Of a stretch of DNA of 64,000 nucleotides, positions 1-11,620 are shown piece by piece. How positions within the stretch are numbered: position 1 is the first letter of the stretch; every line of letters starts with the position of its first letter. This stretch comes from Hydrolagus affinis (lineage: Eukaryota). Position numbers and translations under genes: made by a program. Where the stretch lies: positions 1 to 64,000 of the forward strand of contig JAAILG010000883.1 in NCBI GenBank assembly GCA_012026655.1, written 5' to 3'. The notes under the pieces are model-generated. The model had not been told where the DNA came from, ran no database searches, and saw only the letters and a program-made list of their open reading frames with translations.

Positions 1-88
1 TCCCTCCCTGCCTGCCTGCCTCTCTCCCTCTCTCTTTCCCTCCCTCCCTGGCTGCCTGCCTGCCTCTCTCCCTCTCTCCCTCTCTGCC
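1..88. repeat. Low-complexity (CCTG/CT/CCCT)n pyrimidine microsatellite abutting an assembly gap
   Basis: Directly visible tccctccctgcctgcctgcctctctccc...; similar sequence resumes at 222-240 after the Ns. Confidence 0.95.
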
Positions 89-221
89 NNNNNNNNNNNN
101 NNNNNNNNNNNNNNNNNNNNNNNNNNNNNNNNNNNNNNNNNNNNNNNNNNNNNNNNNNNNNNNNNNNNNNNNNNNNNNNNNNNNNNNNNNNNNNNNNNNN
201 NNNNNNNNNNNNNNNNNNNNN
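89..221. other. Assembly gap (133 N)
   Basis: Run of N bases. Confidence 1.
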
Positions 222-240
222 TGCCTCCCTCCCTTCTGCC

Positions 241-342
241 GGCAATATCATCGAAAATGCTTCCTTTTTTTTCACCAAGAAAAGGTCAAAAGTGGGGAGT
301 GCGCCTTATACGCGAGTGAGCCTTATACGCAGGTATTTACGG
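241..342. mobile_element. Right end of a Tc1/mariner-superfamily (Tc2-like) non-autonomous DNA transposon
   Basis: Ends ...GTATTTACGG|TA (reverse complement TA|CCGTAAATAC), the CCGTA-type terminus with a TA target typical of Tc2-like elements. It has a 17-bp subterminal direct repeat gagtg(c/a)gccttatacgc at 297-313 and 314-330. The other end is not visible. Confidence 0.65.
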
Positions 343-391
343 TATCTATTGACAATTGCAAAGGTCCTTCAATGATCAAATGCTTATGTTG

Positions 392-771
392 CAGGGCCTT
401 GGCCCATCCAACCTCTGTGACCTCCTAACACCCAACCAGCCCTTCTGCTCCCTCTGCTCAGTGGGCTCTGGCCTGCTCCATGTCCCCCGATCCAGCTGTC
501 CCTTCATCAGTGGGCGAGCCTTCAGCTACTCTGCATCCAACCTTTGGATTTCCATCCCACAATCTCTCCGCCTCGTCCCCTCCCTAGCCTCCTTCAAGTC
601 CCGTCTCAAGACACTCCTCTTCAACTGTGCCATCGGTCACCCCATCTCCCCTCCGTTCCCTCCACCCTCCCCAGTCCAAACCCCAGCTCGGGTCTGAAAC
701 ATTGACTGTCCAGGGCCTTGGGACGTCCTCCTGAAGTGAAAGGCGGTATACAAATGCAGTTGTGTTGTTGT
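392..771 (+). mobile_element. L2-clade LINE, 5'-truncated 3' end (ORF2 C-terminus, 3' UTR, (TTG)n tail)
   Basis: ORF 356-697 reads GLGPSNLCDLL...GRAFSYSASNLWISIPQSLR...SFKSRLKTLLF, the L2 ORF2 C-terminal motif. It is followed by ccttgggacgtcc...gtgaaaggcggtatacaaatgcagttgtgttgttg. Confidence 0.9.
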
Positions 772-809
772 CCTGCCAGTGACCGAGTTGCCCAAGTTCG
801 AAGATTTTT

Positions 810-1255
810 TTAAACCAATCTTACCCCTCACCTGAAGGCATCACTCATGCTGGGTAGTTTGACAGGTGCTCTAATCCTCTCATGCCTTGATATGTCTTCA
901 AACATGAACCTGGATACTGAGCGGCCGTGAACTGCTCATCATTGGGAAGCTTCACAGCCAAACCTAAGCCTGCTCTTGCTCAACATCTGCCCCTGTGTGC
1001 TTTGCAGCAGGAATCACAGAGATCAAATTCTTTCCTTCTTTACGCAAGGCCAATTTTGTGTCGGGAGCAGGAATCGTAGCTGACCTGCTGTTCCTTGTTA
1101 ACTTTTTGTCTTTTTAGCTACTACAAATTTTCTCTGGTTGTCTCACAACCTGACTTTTTTTTCTTTGTATTGGAGTACGGCTGTCGTGATGAAAACCAAC
1201 AAACTCAATACAAATCTGGCTTCAAACATATGATTTTCCTGGTGTGTATGGCTGT
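810..1255 (-). mobile_element. Degraded copy of an old dispersed SINE-like family ('family X')
   Basis: The reverse complement shares blocks (ttcctgctcc, cctgctg..aaag, ggct..ggctgtga) with copies at 19270, 20400, 21095, 39250, 45890 and 52990. Boundaries are approximate. Confidence 0.6.
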
Positions 1256-2398
1256 TTGCTGATTAAGGCATCAATGAGATCCTGATGCTCTCAGATACTT
1301 ATGGCCACTTGTGATGATCTTGGCAGAAGCATTTGAACAGGTTGCCTCAATTGTTGAGCTGTACTTTAGTGGAAGCAGGAGAGATAACAAAATGGAGGGA
1401 GGCAGACAAATCTCATAAACCCTGTTATTAGATAGAACAAGATAATGTTTTACTCTTTATCTTGCTGAATAAACACAAGCTACATATGGTTTAGCACAGC
1501 AAATGACTTGACTGTTAGGAATTAATATGTCTAGAAATGTTGTTCATGCTACAGTAGGAAAGATTTTGTTGTCATAGAAAATTGGAATCAATTTACCATG
1601 AATCTAATTTGCATTTAGAAATGAATTTAATGTGCTAAACTGTAAAAAGGTAATCTTTGAAAATTATAATTTGGAAAAAAAAGTGAAGCATTCCCTTAAA
1701 AAGTGTATTGAGGTATAGAGTATTAATTAATTTCATTCGCTGCACTTAAAGTTAAATTTGTTATGCTTGAAAGCAAGACAAATAAGGATTTGGAAAAATA
1801 GACTAATGATTAGCACTGTTGAATTATTTATCCAAAGCTGTTCATCATGGTGGTCCCTGAAATAATTATAAATAGATGTGCAACAGTGTTTGGGTAGTTG
1901 CCCAGATAAAACTGTGATTTAAAAAATACATTCGAATTTATGCCATTAAATTTCAAACATTAGTGTATGTTTATTTTTCCAATATATACCAACCACTTTT
2001 CTTTGTATTCTGAAACAAATACGCTGCTGACTGCCATGTCAATATGTTTGCTTGTTCATTTAATCTCTGATGCAGAATTTCTGCGCAACTCTCCTTTTTG
2101 TCTTGTGAAACAAGTTGATGGCACACTATTTCAGTCCATATCCGCTCACACACCCAAATAACATTGTGTAGTGCTGTGAATAGAAGAATACGAGTAAATT
2201 AAAGAATATCTCCGTGCTGGTTCTGAAATGACCGGACATGAAAGGTCACATTCATTCATGCAATGTGAGGATAATTTGCTTTCGATTTTGTTTCTCACAC
2301 TGCTCCGTGCTGTGAGCTGCTGTTATAATCCAGCCTCAGAATTCGGGGTTGCACGTGGCTGGCTGGAGTAATTGACCACTGTTTATGCTGCTGAACAG

Positions 2399-2502
2399 AT
2401 AATAATAATAATAATCCTTGCATTTGACTCCGTCTATAAGAAATCTCAAAGCACTTCGCAAAAATAGGGTAAAGTGAATTGACTGTATATTTTGTGGGTG
2501 AA
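2399..2502 (-). mobile_element. 3' end of the (TTA)n-tailed SINE/L2-tail family
   Basis: aataataataatccttgcatttga...ctcaaagcacttc...aaagtgaattgactgtatattttgtggg matches the copies at 60143 and 38074. Confidence 0.85.
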
Positions 2503-3329
2503 TCCTAAATATAATTATCAGTTTGCCATTCTGAAATACTTTGTAAATAATCCAAAATAGATTGATATTAAGATACTAAAATACCATGAGTGGGAGCAAT
2601 GCTGCGATGACAACATTATCTGGGAGTATATATCATGAGTCTGGTTGACAAGAAGGTATCTTTTATATGTGAAGGTATCCAACAGTCTTGATCATTCCCA
2701 AGGTGAAAATATTCTCAAGGTGGGTCTCCTTGGCCCAGATGTTGATGTGAACACAAAACATTTGGATAGTTTCCAGTGGGAAATGAAAGTCAAATTTCAA
2801 CAGGAACCCAACCAATTTTTTCCATCATAAACCAGACCTCACAGAGTAAAAGTACCATCCCTACAAATGGCTTGGAGCCCTCCCCCAGCACTGGTTAATG
2901 CTCAGAATAAAGTTGCCTTATAGAATTTTGCTTTGCATTTTATGGATGTACAAGGAAGCCTTTGATTTGATAAATAGGGAAATAGTTTTGTGCTTGTTAG
3001 TGAATGTATTAATTCAGGGCTTAGTTCCGTTTGTTTACTGTGTTGGGTTCTAAAAGCCAGGAAAGTGCACTATGCACAGGTAATAAAATGATCTTCAGAT
3101 GGTGCTGATGTGTCATGGTTTGTGTCATATTTTAGTGTCTTAATATGAATCTATTCTGGATTATTTAAAACGTATTTCAGCATGGCAGACTGATAATAAA
3201 ATGTAGGATTCAAATTGCTTGAAACCCTTCTCATTGTGTCATTTTATACTGATAACCACTCAAGCTCAATCAATGGGACAATTCCAAACCTACTTCTTTG
3301 AACACACTTTGAACACACTTTAGCTGATT

Positions 3330-3620
3330 AATGCTGGGGTATCATTCACAGGCAACCTTACTCAATGGCCATTCTTTGTATTTGAACATTTCCATTATTT
3401 ACTATCGGAGTGGAGCTCAATCCTGCCTATCATCTTCGTATGATATTCACACAAGCATATTATCCAGCAGAAGCCATTGAATGAATAGTGATGAGGAGTA
3501 CAAATCATGGCTCATGTTTTTACCATCTCTGATAATTCTGAGACCAGTTCTCATACCCTAATGCTGCTCTGCATCAAATTTAAACTAGGCAGTGACCTTG
3601 AGAACTTTCACTTGGTCTGA
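3330..3620 (-). mobile_element. Degraded family-X SINE-like copy
   Basis: Blocks tgctggggta, tggccattctt, tccagcag and gatgaggag correspond to the reverse complement of the plus-strand copies. Confidence 0.5.
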
Positions 3621-5451
3621 TGCAAGACAGTAAATTTATCATTGAGCAGCTCTGCGTAATGTAATGGTTTTATTTGACTCCTTCATTGGAATCCAGTTCT
3701 TTCCTATTTATCACCCAAACATTGTTTTTGGCTCTGAGGCAAATTCAAGGTTCCCATGAATCTTATCTGTGAATTGTTTTGTCTTTAGCGCAATGTGAAG
3801 TCCCAAATTAATTCCAGAGTGACTAAAATTGTCAGCTTCACCATTTGTGGCATGTTCTTGCATTGGGAGCTCATCAGTTAGAATATGCTCAGTCAGGATG
3901 TGTAAAAGGAAAGCACACACCAGAGATTAGCAGTGCAGTCGGGTGAGGTGCAGAAAAAGGGGAAGATAAAGTTGAGGCGACGTTAAAAGACAAGACACCA
4001 TACTGAGAGATAAAGCTGGAACAAACTTTAATTGAACAGGCAACACCTAACAGAAAGGGCACTTTGGAAGTCAGCAGAATGTGCAGCTTTTACAATGGGG
4101 TCTTATGTGCAATAATCACAAATGGGATTTGAAGTGCTAATCGTGACTTATGTTTGCAAATATTGAAAGTCGTCTCATTTGTGCTCTTTGTAAAACATCA
4201 GCCACCGTTTTGTTCCCTGGCCTTTTCCAGCTTTTGGAATGCAATTAGCTGCTTTTCCAAACTGAGCCAATTCTCAAATCTTCAACATAGTGAGAACAGA
4301 GAGAAGGGAGAAGAGAGAGAGAGAGAGAATATTCTATAAGGCAACTCAGGGTGAGCTGCCAATTTAGTCAGCCTTGGAGAAATGGTTGGTGAGGGAAAAG
4401 AATCTTCAGTGGTTTTCCTGGAAACCAACATCATTTGGCAATTACATCTGGCACATTCAGCTCCTTCTGCAAATGAGGGCCAGAGAAAAATGCCCTCTGA
4501 TTCCAGACAAATTTAACAGGCGGGGTGCTGGAAAGGTTTTCCATCTGCTTAGTAACCTTTTAACCAGCCTACTGTGGATCCTTTGAGTATCTTGGTTACT
4601 GAGGAAAGATTTCTGGCAACAGGACAAAACTTGTCGAGATAAATCTCTCAGAAAAAGGAAATGCACAGCATAATTGATGCTCAAATAAAAGTGTGCCAAC
4701 ACTAGGAGAGAAGTGCTGACACGAAGTAACATTGCTTTTACACCTCCTCTCTGGAGAAATTCAGATTAGTAATTCCCCTTGTGTGGTCCTGACCGTGTAC
4801 TAAAAGTAAGCAAACTTTTGTCCAGGTGCCGATTTGCCATTGAATGCCAACAGAAAAGCCTAATAGCGTAGCGTGCATCAATTTGACTGTTTTTTGTGTG
4901 AAAGTTTTTTTATATAAACACCCTGAACTAAAACATACCAGTGTCATTCTACCACTTGTTTGAGGTCATTGTGAAGTAAGAGCCTTTCTTCCTCCTGAAA
5001 TGTTTTTTGTTGTCATATATTTATTCGTTGCTTTCTGGAGGGTGGGGGGTGGTGATGGTGAGGAGTGGTGGTGGGGGGATGTGGGTGGTGTTAGGGAAAG
5101 TTGAGCTCTATAAACTAATTATAAAAGTATACAGCTGAATTATCAAAACTATATATAGTAACGAGACCTTCAACAATCACTTATATGTTCCTGGGGTCAA
5201 GATCATTACAGTGTTAAATGTTCGGTGTGTGGAGCATGATGATATGAAACTCAAAACCAGCATCTAGGGGATTCAGTCACTGAAGAATTGACTCTAGACA
5301 GTAAGCAATACTGAATATGTTGCAGAAATCCTGTGCACCCTTCTGTCATTCCATTCAAATACACTGGTGCCTTGTTATAAAATGCTTCATTCAAATTTTT
5401 ATTTTCTTGACATTTACTCAAAATATCAGAACACATGTACCTGCTCTATCT

Positions 5452-5770
5452 CCCACAAAATACAGTAAAAGCCCGTTTGTCCGGCACCCTTAGGACCTGG
5501 CCAATGCCGGTTAAAGCGAGTGCCAGAAATTCGGCCGAAAACTGAAATTTTTTTTTTTTTAATGCATTTTTCCGGATAAATTCCGATTAATCGAATGCGG
5601 ACCTTTTCTTTGCGGTGCCGGTTATACAGAAGTTACGGTTGATCAGGTCATGGATAAGCAGGCTTTTACTGTATACAGTCTATTCGCGTTACAGTATATT
5701 CTGTGATGCGCTTTGAGACGTCTTGAAGATGTGATAAGGCGCTATAACACATGCAAGTATTATTATTATT
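5452..5770 (+). mobile_element. SINE 3' end interrupted by a MITE
   Basis: cccacaaaa-TA-[MITE]-TA-tacagtc...ctgtgatgcgctttgagacgtc...gataaggcgctata...tattattattatt. Removing the insert restores cccacaaaatatacagtc. Confidence 0.88.
5463..5671. mobile_element. 209-bp Tigger/pogo-like MITE with TA target-site duplication
   Basis: TIRs CAGTAAAAGCCCGTTTGTCCG and TGGATAAGCAGGCTTTTACTG (17/21 match, first 11 perfect). TA is present at 5461-5462 and 5672-5673. The interior is CpG-rich. Confidence 0.92.
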
Positions 5771-6189
5771 AATCTTATCACTGCTTCATCGCTTGTGCTC
5801 AGAAAGATCAGACGTCGGCTGACACGGCAAGCCAAAATGGTTGACTTGCAAAAACATCAGGTTGCTGCCGATATGACTCCTATGCATTGTGCATTTGTAG
5901 TGCACAGGAAGTAATACTGACAACCTGGTGACCTAGATGATGTCTCTTTTTGCTTACTCTGCTTCTTTCAATAAATTCTAGAACACTAACCATTGGTCAC
6001 TGGCGTGAATTTTTGGGATCCTAACTATTGTATTTATAAAGAGACTCCATGGAAGTAATGGATACAAATTGAAGGTTGTTAACCGAGGGAATTCATCTTA
6101 GTAGCCATTCGTGTCTCCAAGTGTATATGTTTGGGACAGTGATACTTGGGGTATCCTTCCGACATGAAGTATTCACCCATGCTCCATAT

Positions 6190-6498
6190 TGACCTGTCCA
6201 CTTCCTCCGCTAGGCAGGTTCTGGCCTGCTCCACGTCCATCAACGGTTACGGCTTCAGCTTCTCTGCCCCATCCTTTGGAACTCCATCCTGCAGTCCCTT
6301 CGTCTTGCTCCCTCCCTTGCCTCCTTCATGGCGCGTCTCAAGACCCTCTCTTTTCGACTGCCATTTTGGTTACTCTCCTACCCGTACTACCCAGCCCCCC
6401 GATCCCAATCCCGACCCCCGACTCGATTCTAAATCCCATATAGCATCTTGATATGCCCTCCCAATGAAAGACGCTACACATGTAATTTCTTGTTGTTG
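6190..6498 (+). mobile_element. L2-clade LINE 3' fragment
   Basis: ggcctgctccacgtcc...cttcagcttctctgccccatcctttggaactccatcc...cgtctcaagaccc, homologous to 392-771; ends ttgttgttg. Confidence 0.85.
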
Positions 6499-7329
6499 AG
6501 TTCCTTTGTAGACTAAACATCCCCTCAGAAGAGGAACAAGGAAAATACACAGTTAAATTGACAACAAAATGCAGTTATAATGGAAAGGCTCCTTTCATGT
6601 AGGACTGTACATTTGATTACATTGTTACTGTAACTTGTCTCCAGATTTGTTAGTTCTCAATTTTTCTATGTTCAGTTTTTATTGGGCTTTTATTTCAAAT
6701 TGTGCTTATTTGGCCTTACCAAATGTTAGGTTAGGTGTGTTTATTACCTAGTAAACTAAATTGCAAATCCTCAAAAATTAATAACAGACTAGATTTACAT
6801 CAGGCTTTAAAGGGTAGCACTTTAAGACCTCATACGAAATTGCTTGTTTTAAAACAGTTTCATTATGCCACGAAATCCCAGAAATTGATTTTTCCCACCA
6901 TATTGGTTGACAGGCTGGATCTAGAGCAACAATTTAATTGTATATTCATGTTCAAGGAACAATGTAATTTTTAGACTGATTATATTGAGGTCAACCATTT
7001 GTATTTTTACAACATAAACCATTTGGCTCACCCATATACAAACAATGTTCAAAACAGTTAATCGGTTGTTTCATTAAACATTTCCTGGACCTAAAGGGAC
7101 AACCTATGAGAGCTCTGCCAATCTCAAATCAGCTTTTCTATCCATATGGTTCAGCAGCTACATGAAGTAATAACAACATGTTTCTGTATGAAACTCTATA
7201 GAGTAGATTTATCTTTGAATCAGGATTTGGCAAGGCTATCCACTTATCCATCTGTCTATTTCTTTTGTTTTTTATTCAACCCAAGGGCTTGCACTCCACC
7301 AGTGTCCTCATGAGGAAGGACATCACCTC

Positions 7330-7700
7330 GTATAGCTAGGATATGCGTACCAGAATGTCACAGATTTAATTCTTGGTCTGTGATAGTTTTGCTGATCCCA
7401 GTATGGGTAGAAGTTTGTAATGCTACAATTTGTTGTGGAGACGATTAGTGAGAACAAGACTACACTCAATGTGATAGCCTCCATGGACACACACACAGAG
7501 TTTAGGATTGCATATGAATTGTCACTTAAATGAAGTAGCAGAGGCAGGAGCATTACCGCTGAAGACTTGGCCACCAATGGAATGGTGGTCAACTGAATGA
7601 AAAGAGTCTGCAGGAACTGGGGAATAGGGCTGGTGGCAGTGGTGCAGGGGGGAGAAGGATACCCTTTTTTTTTCGAGAATAAGACTTGCTCCTGAAATTC
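7330..7700 (+). mobile_element. Degraded family-X SINE-like copy
   Basis: ttggtctgtgatagttttgctgatcccag...gctacaatt...gtgagaacaagact...tgaattgtcactt match family-X blocks. Very diverged. Confidence 0.45.
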
Positions 7701-9267
7701 TTCCTTTTTGGCCTGCTGCAAACGTTTGAAATGTTATTATTTGGGTTCTTGTAAAGAATCATTTCACCTATTGCATAAAGATATCAGGAAATTCCCTTAA
7801 TAGCAACGGCAGTAATCTACTCCTTTAATCTTTCCCATTGCACCAGTTTAAAGGCAGGGTGACCCAAACAATACTGTTTCAAAGGTCTCTGAGCTAAGGA
7901 GCACCAGCTGCCTAACATTGGAAGCAAATGTGTGTTCAACTCATGCCAGAAATGGAAATCCTTGTGAATTGTCTCTACTTGCCACCATTATGAACTGTAT
8001 AATTATCCTTTGTACAAGTCATTTGGGACCAGGGGTAAAGCTTGACAAGGAAGGGTGTGAAACTAACAAGACAGTCTGTTCACTGAGTAACTGGTATTCA
8101 TTGGGAACAAGGAGGTGTGCTCTGTCAGGAACCCTGTTTCTGACCCTCCCTTCTCTTGCACTGCAATGAAATGTCAGCTAGCCAAGTTCTATGGGGGACT
8201 AATTAACTTAGATGAAATGTTTCTTTAAACTAAGGCTGTGGGGCACATAAGCGAAGGACCTACTGAACATTGAAAGCACAATTACCATCCTCTTTAAAAC
8301 CACATGATAGCTGAGACTGAATACACATGTTCCTCAGGTAAACCTGTTCAATCTCTGACTGTCAAAAGTAATTTACACTCTTCAGACTGGTAGGCTGTTG
8401 TGAAAAATTTGAAGGCATGTTAATGAAACCTCAGAAGAAAACATTTTAGTGCGCAACAAAAATCGAGAGCACATCTGTTTTAATGGGATCAGTTGTTGCA
8501 TAATTCGGACAGAATGCATTTAAAATCCTGTACTACAAAAAAGCAAAGCTACTCAACAGAGCACCATCTAATCACTTGGCTCCCTTCCAGTTTGTTCATT
8601 TTACACAGTTCAGTGAAAAATGAACTCTGTTAAATACTATATCATAAACTGTCATCTGAAGAAAACCACCACTGAACACAAGCCCGGCTGATCCACGGCA
8701 TCTGTCTTCTGATGAGTAAACATGGAGCTTTGGTGTTGGTCTTTAAATCTCAGGCCAGGCAGACTGTAAAGCATTGCCTAAACCACATGTAAAAATCTCA
8801 ACCAAACATCTCAGACCTCAAGGAATCTAGGACAGTCATGTGCTCATGTGACAACTCGGCATCCAGAAAATGACATGGGTCTTTACAAGCAGCTGCAAGC
8901 CTTGCTGTTGACAGCTGCAGCTCCTGACTATGGCTGCTGAAGGCACTCAGTGAAAGAAACAAATGAGGACGGCAGACACGACATCAAATGCAACCCAAAA
9001 AGGAAATTTAATTCACCTGCACAGTAATGATTTTCCACATTTGTGGTGTGCAAAGTGTGGTTGATTTATTGTAATCAATACAGCTCGGAGCATCTTGAAA
9101 AGGGGAACCAAAATGTTCAATATGGATATTGCTACTCTACATGAAGTGCACATCTGTGCTGCAATTTATGAGGCTTTTAAAAAAAAATCTGCAAAGACCC
9201 TCGTGGAAAGAGCTTCTCCGATTCCCCCCCTTTTGTTTAAAAAGGAAAACTTTCTGGGACTTAGATC

Positions 9268-9344
9268 AAGTGTTCTGAGACGCTGCCCCGCCTAGAGGGC
9301 ACTATATAAGTGCAAGTGGTGGTTGTAGTTGTTGCTGTTGTTGT
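9268..9344 (+). mobile_element. Very short L2-type 3' tail insertion with (GTT)n tail
   Basis: aagtgttctgagacg...agggcactatataagtgcaagtggtggttgtagttgttg. Confidence 0.7.
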
Positions 9345-10104
9345 CATAAGACACTCCCAATCCTCCAGGTCTAGCTTATATCCGAGAGCAAAGTTCTCCA
9401 ATTCCAGGTTTTGTTTTTTTCCATAAAATGACAAGACTGTCCAGTGAAGACCAGCTGAGAGTGGGAGGGCTGAATGAGTAAGACTGACTACCTGGATTAA
9501 TGCAGATTTTACAATGACAAGGGTAAATCCGGTGAAATATCCGACAAAAATGTAAACAAAAGGCCAATTGTCTAGTTATATTACTGGATTTACAAGGCCG
9601 ACTTCTGGGAAGGTGCATGTAGAAAGCAGCTGTCAGCATGGCTTCCCAGTGTGTTTTTTTTCCATGGGAAGCTCAAAGTTGTCAGGCAATCAGTATTTTC
9701 AAGCGAGCTACCCTAGTGAGAGCGCAGGAAACAAAACAGGAGATTCCTCTTCGAGTGTCACATTGTACAATTACTTCACAGTTTTTTACAGATCACTTGA
9801 ACTCTGAAATCTCCAGGGAGATCAGCTTTTGAGCTCTGAGGTTGCAGTGGTGGGGATGGGGGGTGTTTGCTAATTATTGGACAACTATTTGCACTTTCTC
9901 TTCCAGTGAGACTGTGTACACAGCATGTTTGTGTTTTGTTTTTGATAAAAAAAAGGTTAATTGTGATTTTGTCTCATTAATGTATAGAATCATAGAAATT
10001 AACATTACAGCACAATAGGAGTCCATTGCAACCGATGCAGCTGCCAACTCCTACACTGCTGCTAACTGATCTACATCTCTGATGAGGACAATTTGAAAAG
10101 GGGA

Positions 10105-10250
10105 CATCAACTCGGTGGATTACAGCATTGTTTCACTTGTAGGACTTTGGGTTCAACACCAGGCTAGATGCTCGCAGCCCTGTGTCACTAATTGGCAGCC
10201 TCTCTCTGAAAGGCCATGGTGATGGCTGGTATGGGAATTAGAAATGATTC
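10105..10250 (+). mobile_element. LF-SINE-like relic
   Basis: tttcacttgtagg...tgggttcaacaccag (B-box-like) and cactaattggcagcctctc...aggccatgg resemble the recalled LF-SINE head and body. Internally deleted. Confidence 0.4.
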
Positions 10251-11379
10251 AGGAGGAATACTTTGATGCTGATTTTAAAGCTCCAATGCTGTAAGCTATC
10301 TGTGTGCTTCTACGTGACACGGTGAATAGCCAGGTTTCTTGCGTGTAGAAGCAATCTTTGTTGCTTTTATATTTTGCCTTCCTGGAGCCTTGGGCGCAGT
10401 GAAATGTCTGAAAGTAATGCTTTTCTGAAACATTGACATCTGTGATGTGGAGCCAAGAGACAAATACAGAGCAGAGGTTAAAATAAAAGGTTGGCGTCAA
10501 TCAGAAAAATCATATTTTTGTGGAAAGGTACATTATGTGAAGGAGAGAGTGATTACCTTCGATTAGACTCGGTGAATGGGGAACATTCCATTCAGTGATT
10601 CGTTGATCTGCACCAGCCACCCGGCCCTGATAAAGATTTGTTTTCTCTGTACAGGCTTGTGACTAGAACATGATTAAGGAGAAGCATTACTGGATAACTC
10701 CTCATGGACCTGCAGAATCAACATAAATTCAGTCAAGCAACAAATGAGCTTTGTACATGAGAGGGTGCACATTTGGTGCTACTTTAATTGGTACAGAACT
10801 GGGATCTGCACTGGTATGGCCCCAGTACAAAGTGCACATTCTGACATTGATTATGGGATAGAATAGATCAGCGAAGAGAAATTGTAGAATTAAGTCTCAA
10901 AGTACAAATATCGATGGGGGGTAAAATGCGGTGTTTGATGTGCTAAATATTACATCACATGTTGCATCTTCCCCTCCTTGATTTTGTTAAATGCTTGAGG
11001 GAAAATAATATCAAAGGAGAGGGAAATGGGATTAGACTGGAAACCTAATGGCTAAACCTAATGGGCCAACTGACTTTCCTTGCTATAAAACATTCTCTGC
11101 CGGTTCCTCTAAAGGGTTACTTTTTTTTTCTTCTCTCTGAATAAACATTACCATGCTTGTGAATTGCCTAACTGGTCTGCTTTATAAAAAAAACCTCCTC
11201 TTTCAAGTTTCACATGCACTTTCAGAAGATCTTGTATTTTCTACACTGTAGCTCATCAATCTGTTATGCATTCGCAGAAAAAATAGGTTCTGCTAGCTGT
11301 TTGGATATGGTGTTGGTGTATCAATATGCCACAGATTGTTGGATATGGAAGCGACCTTTTGCAGCACAAATCAACTTAA

Positions 11380-11620
11380 GACATGTTCGCATGCCTTATA
11401 GCAACCAGTTACAGAACCTTATTGACAACAGGACATTTGTCACCCTCTTAGTCAAAGAATGGTGGAACGACTGGAGGAAGAGACTAACAGAGAAGAAACA
11501 ACGAATAGAGAGGCTTCTCCCTATTCTTACAAAACACATTTAAGAGGGAATCTTGAAAACAGAGTATGTGCATCATTCAATAAATGGCTCCTTCATGCTC
11601 TGTAAATATGAAGGTCACAG
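11380..11620 (+). mobile_element. Possible degraded RTE-clade LINE ORF C-terminus
   Basis: LIDNRTFVTLLVK...RLTEKKQRIER followed by a decayed C/H region resembles the RTE C-terminal pattern LAxDRxxWR...EKRxxRK...CxxC. Confidence 0.35.

Noticed and set aside
356-697. 113-aa ORF as a host gene (likewise ORFs at 6146, 24963, 34242, 38503, 50514, 51157)
   Set aside because: These are L2 LINE ORF2 remnants or alternative frames over them.
7109-7238. Possible hAT-Tip100-like MITE relic (tgccaa...ttggca ends; similar traces near 34703 and 58038)
   Set aside because: Terminal matches are too short and no 8-bp TSD is visible.
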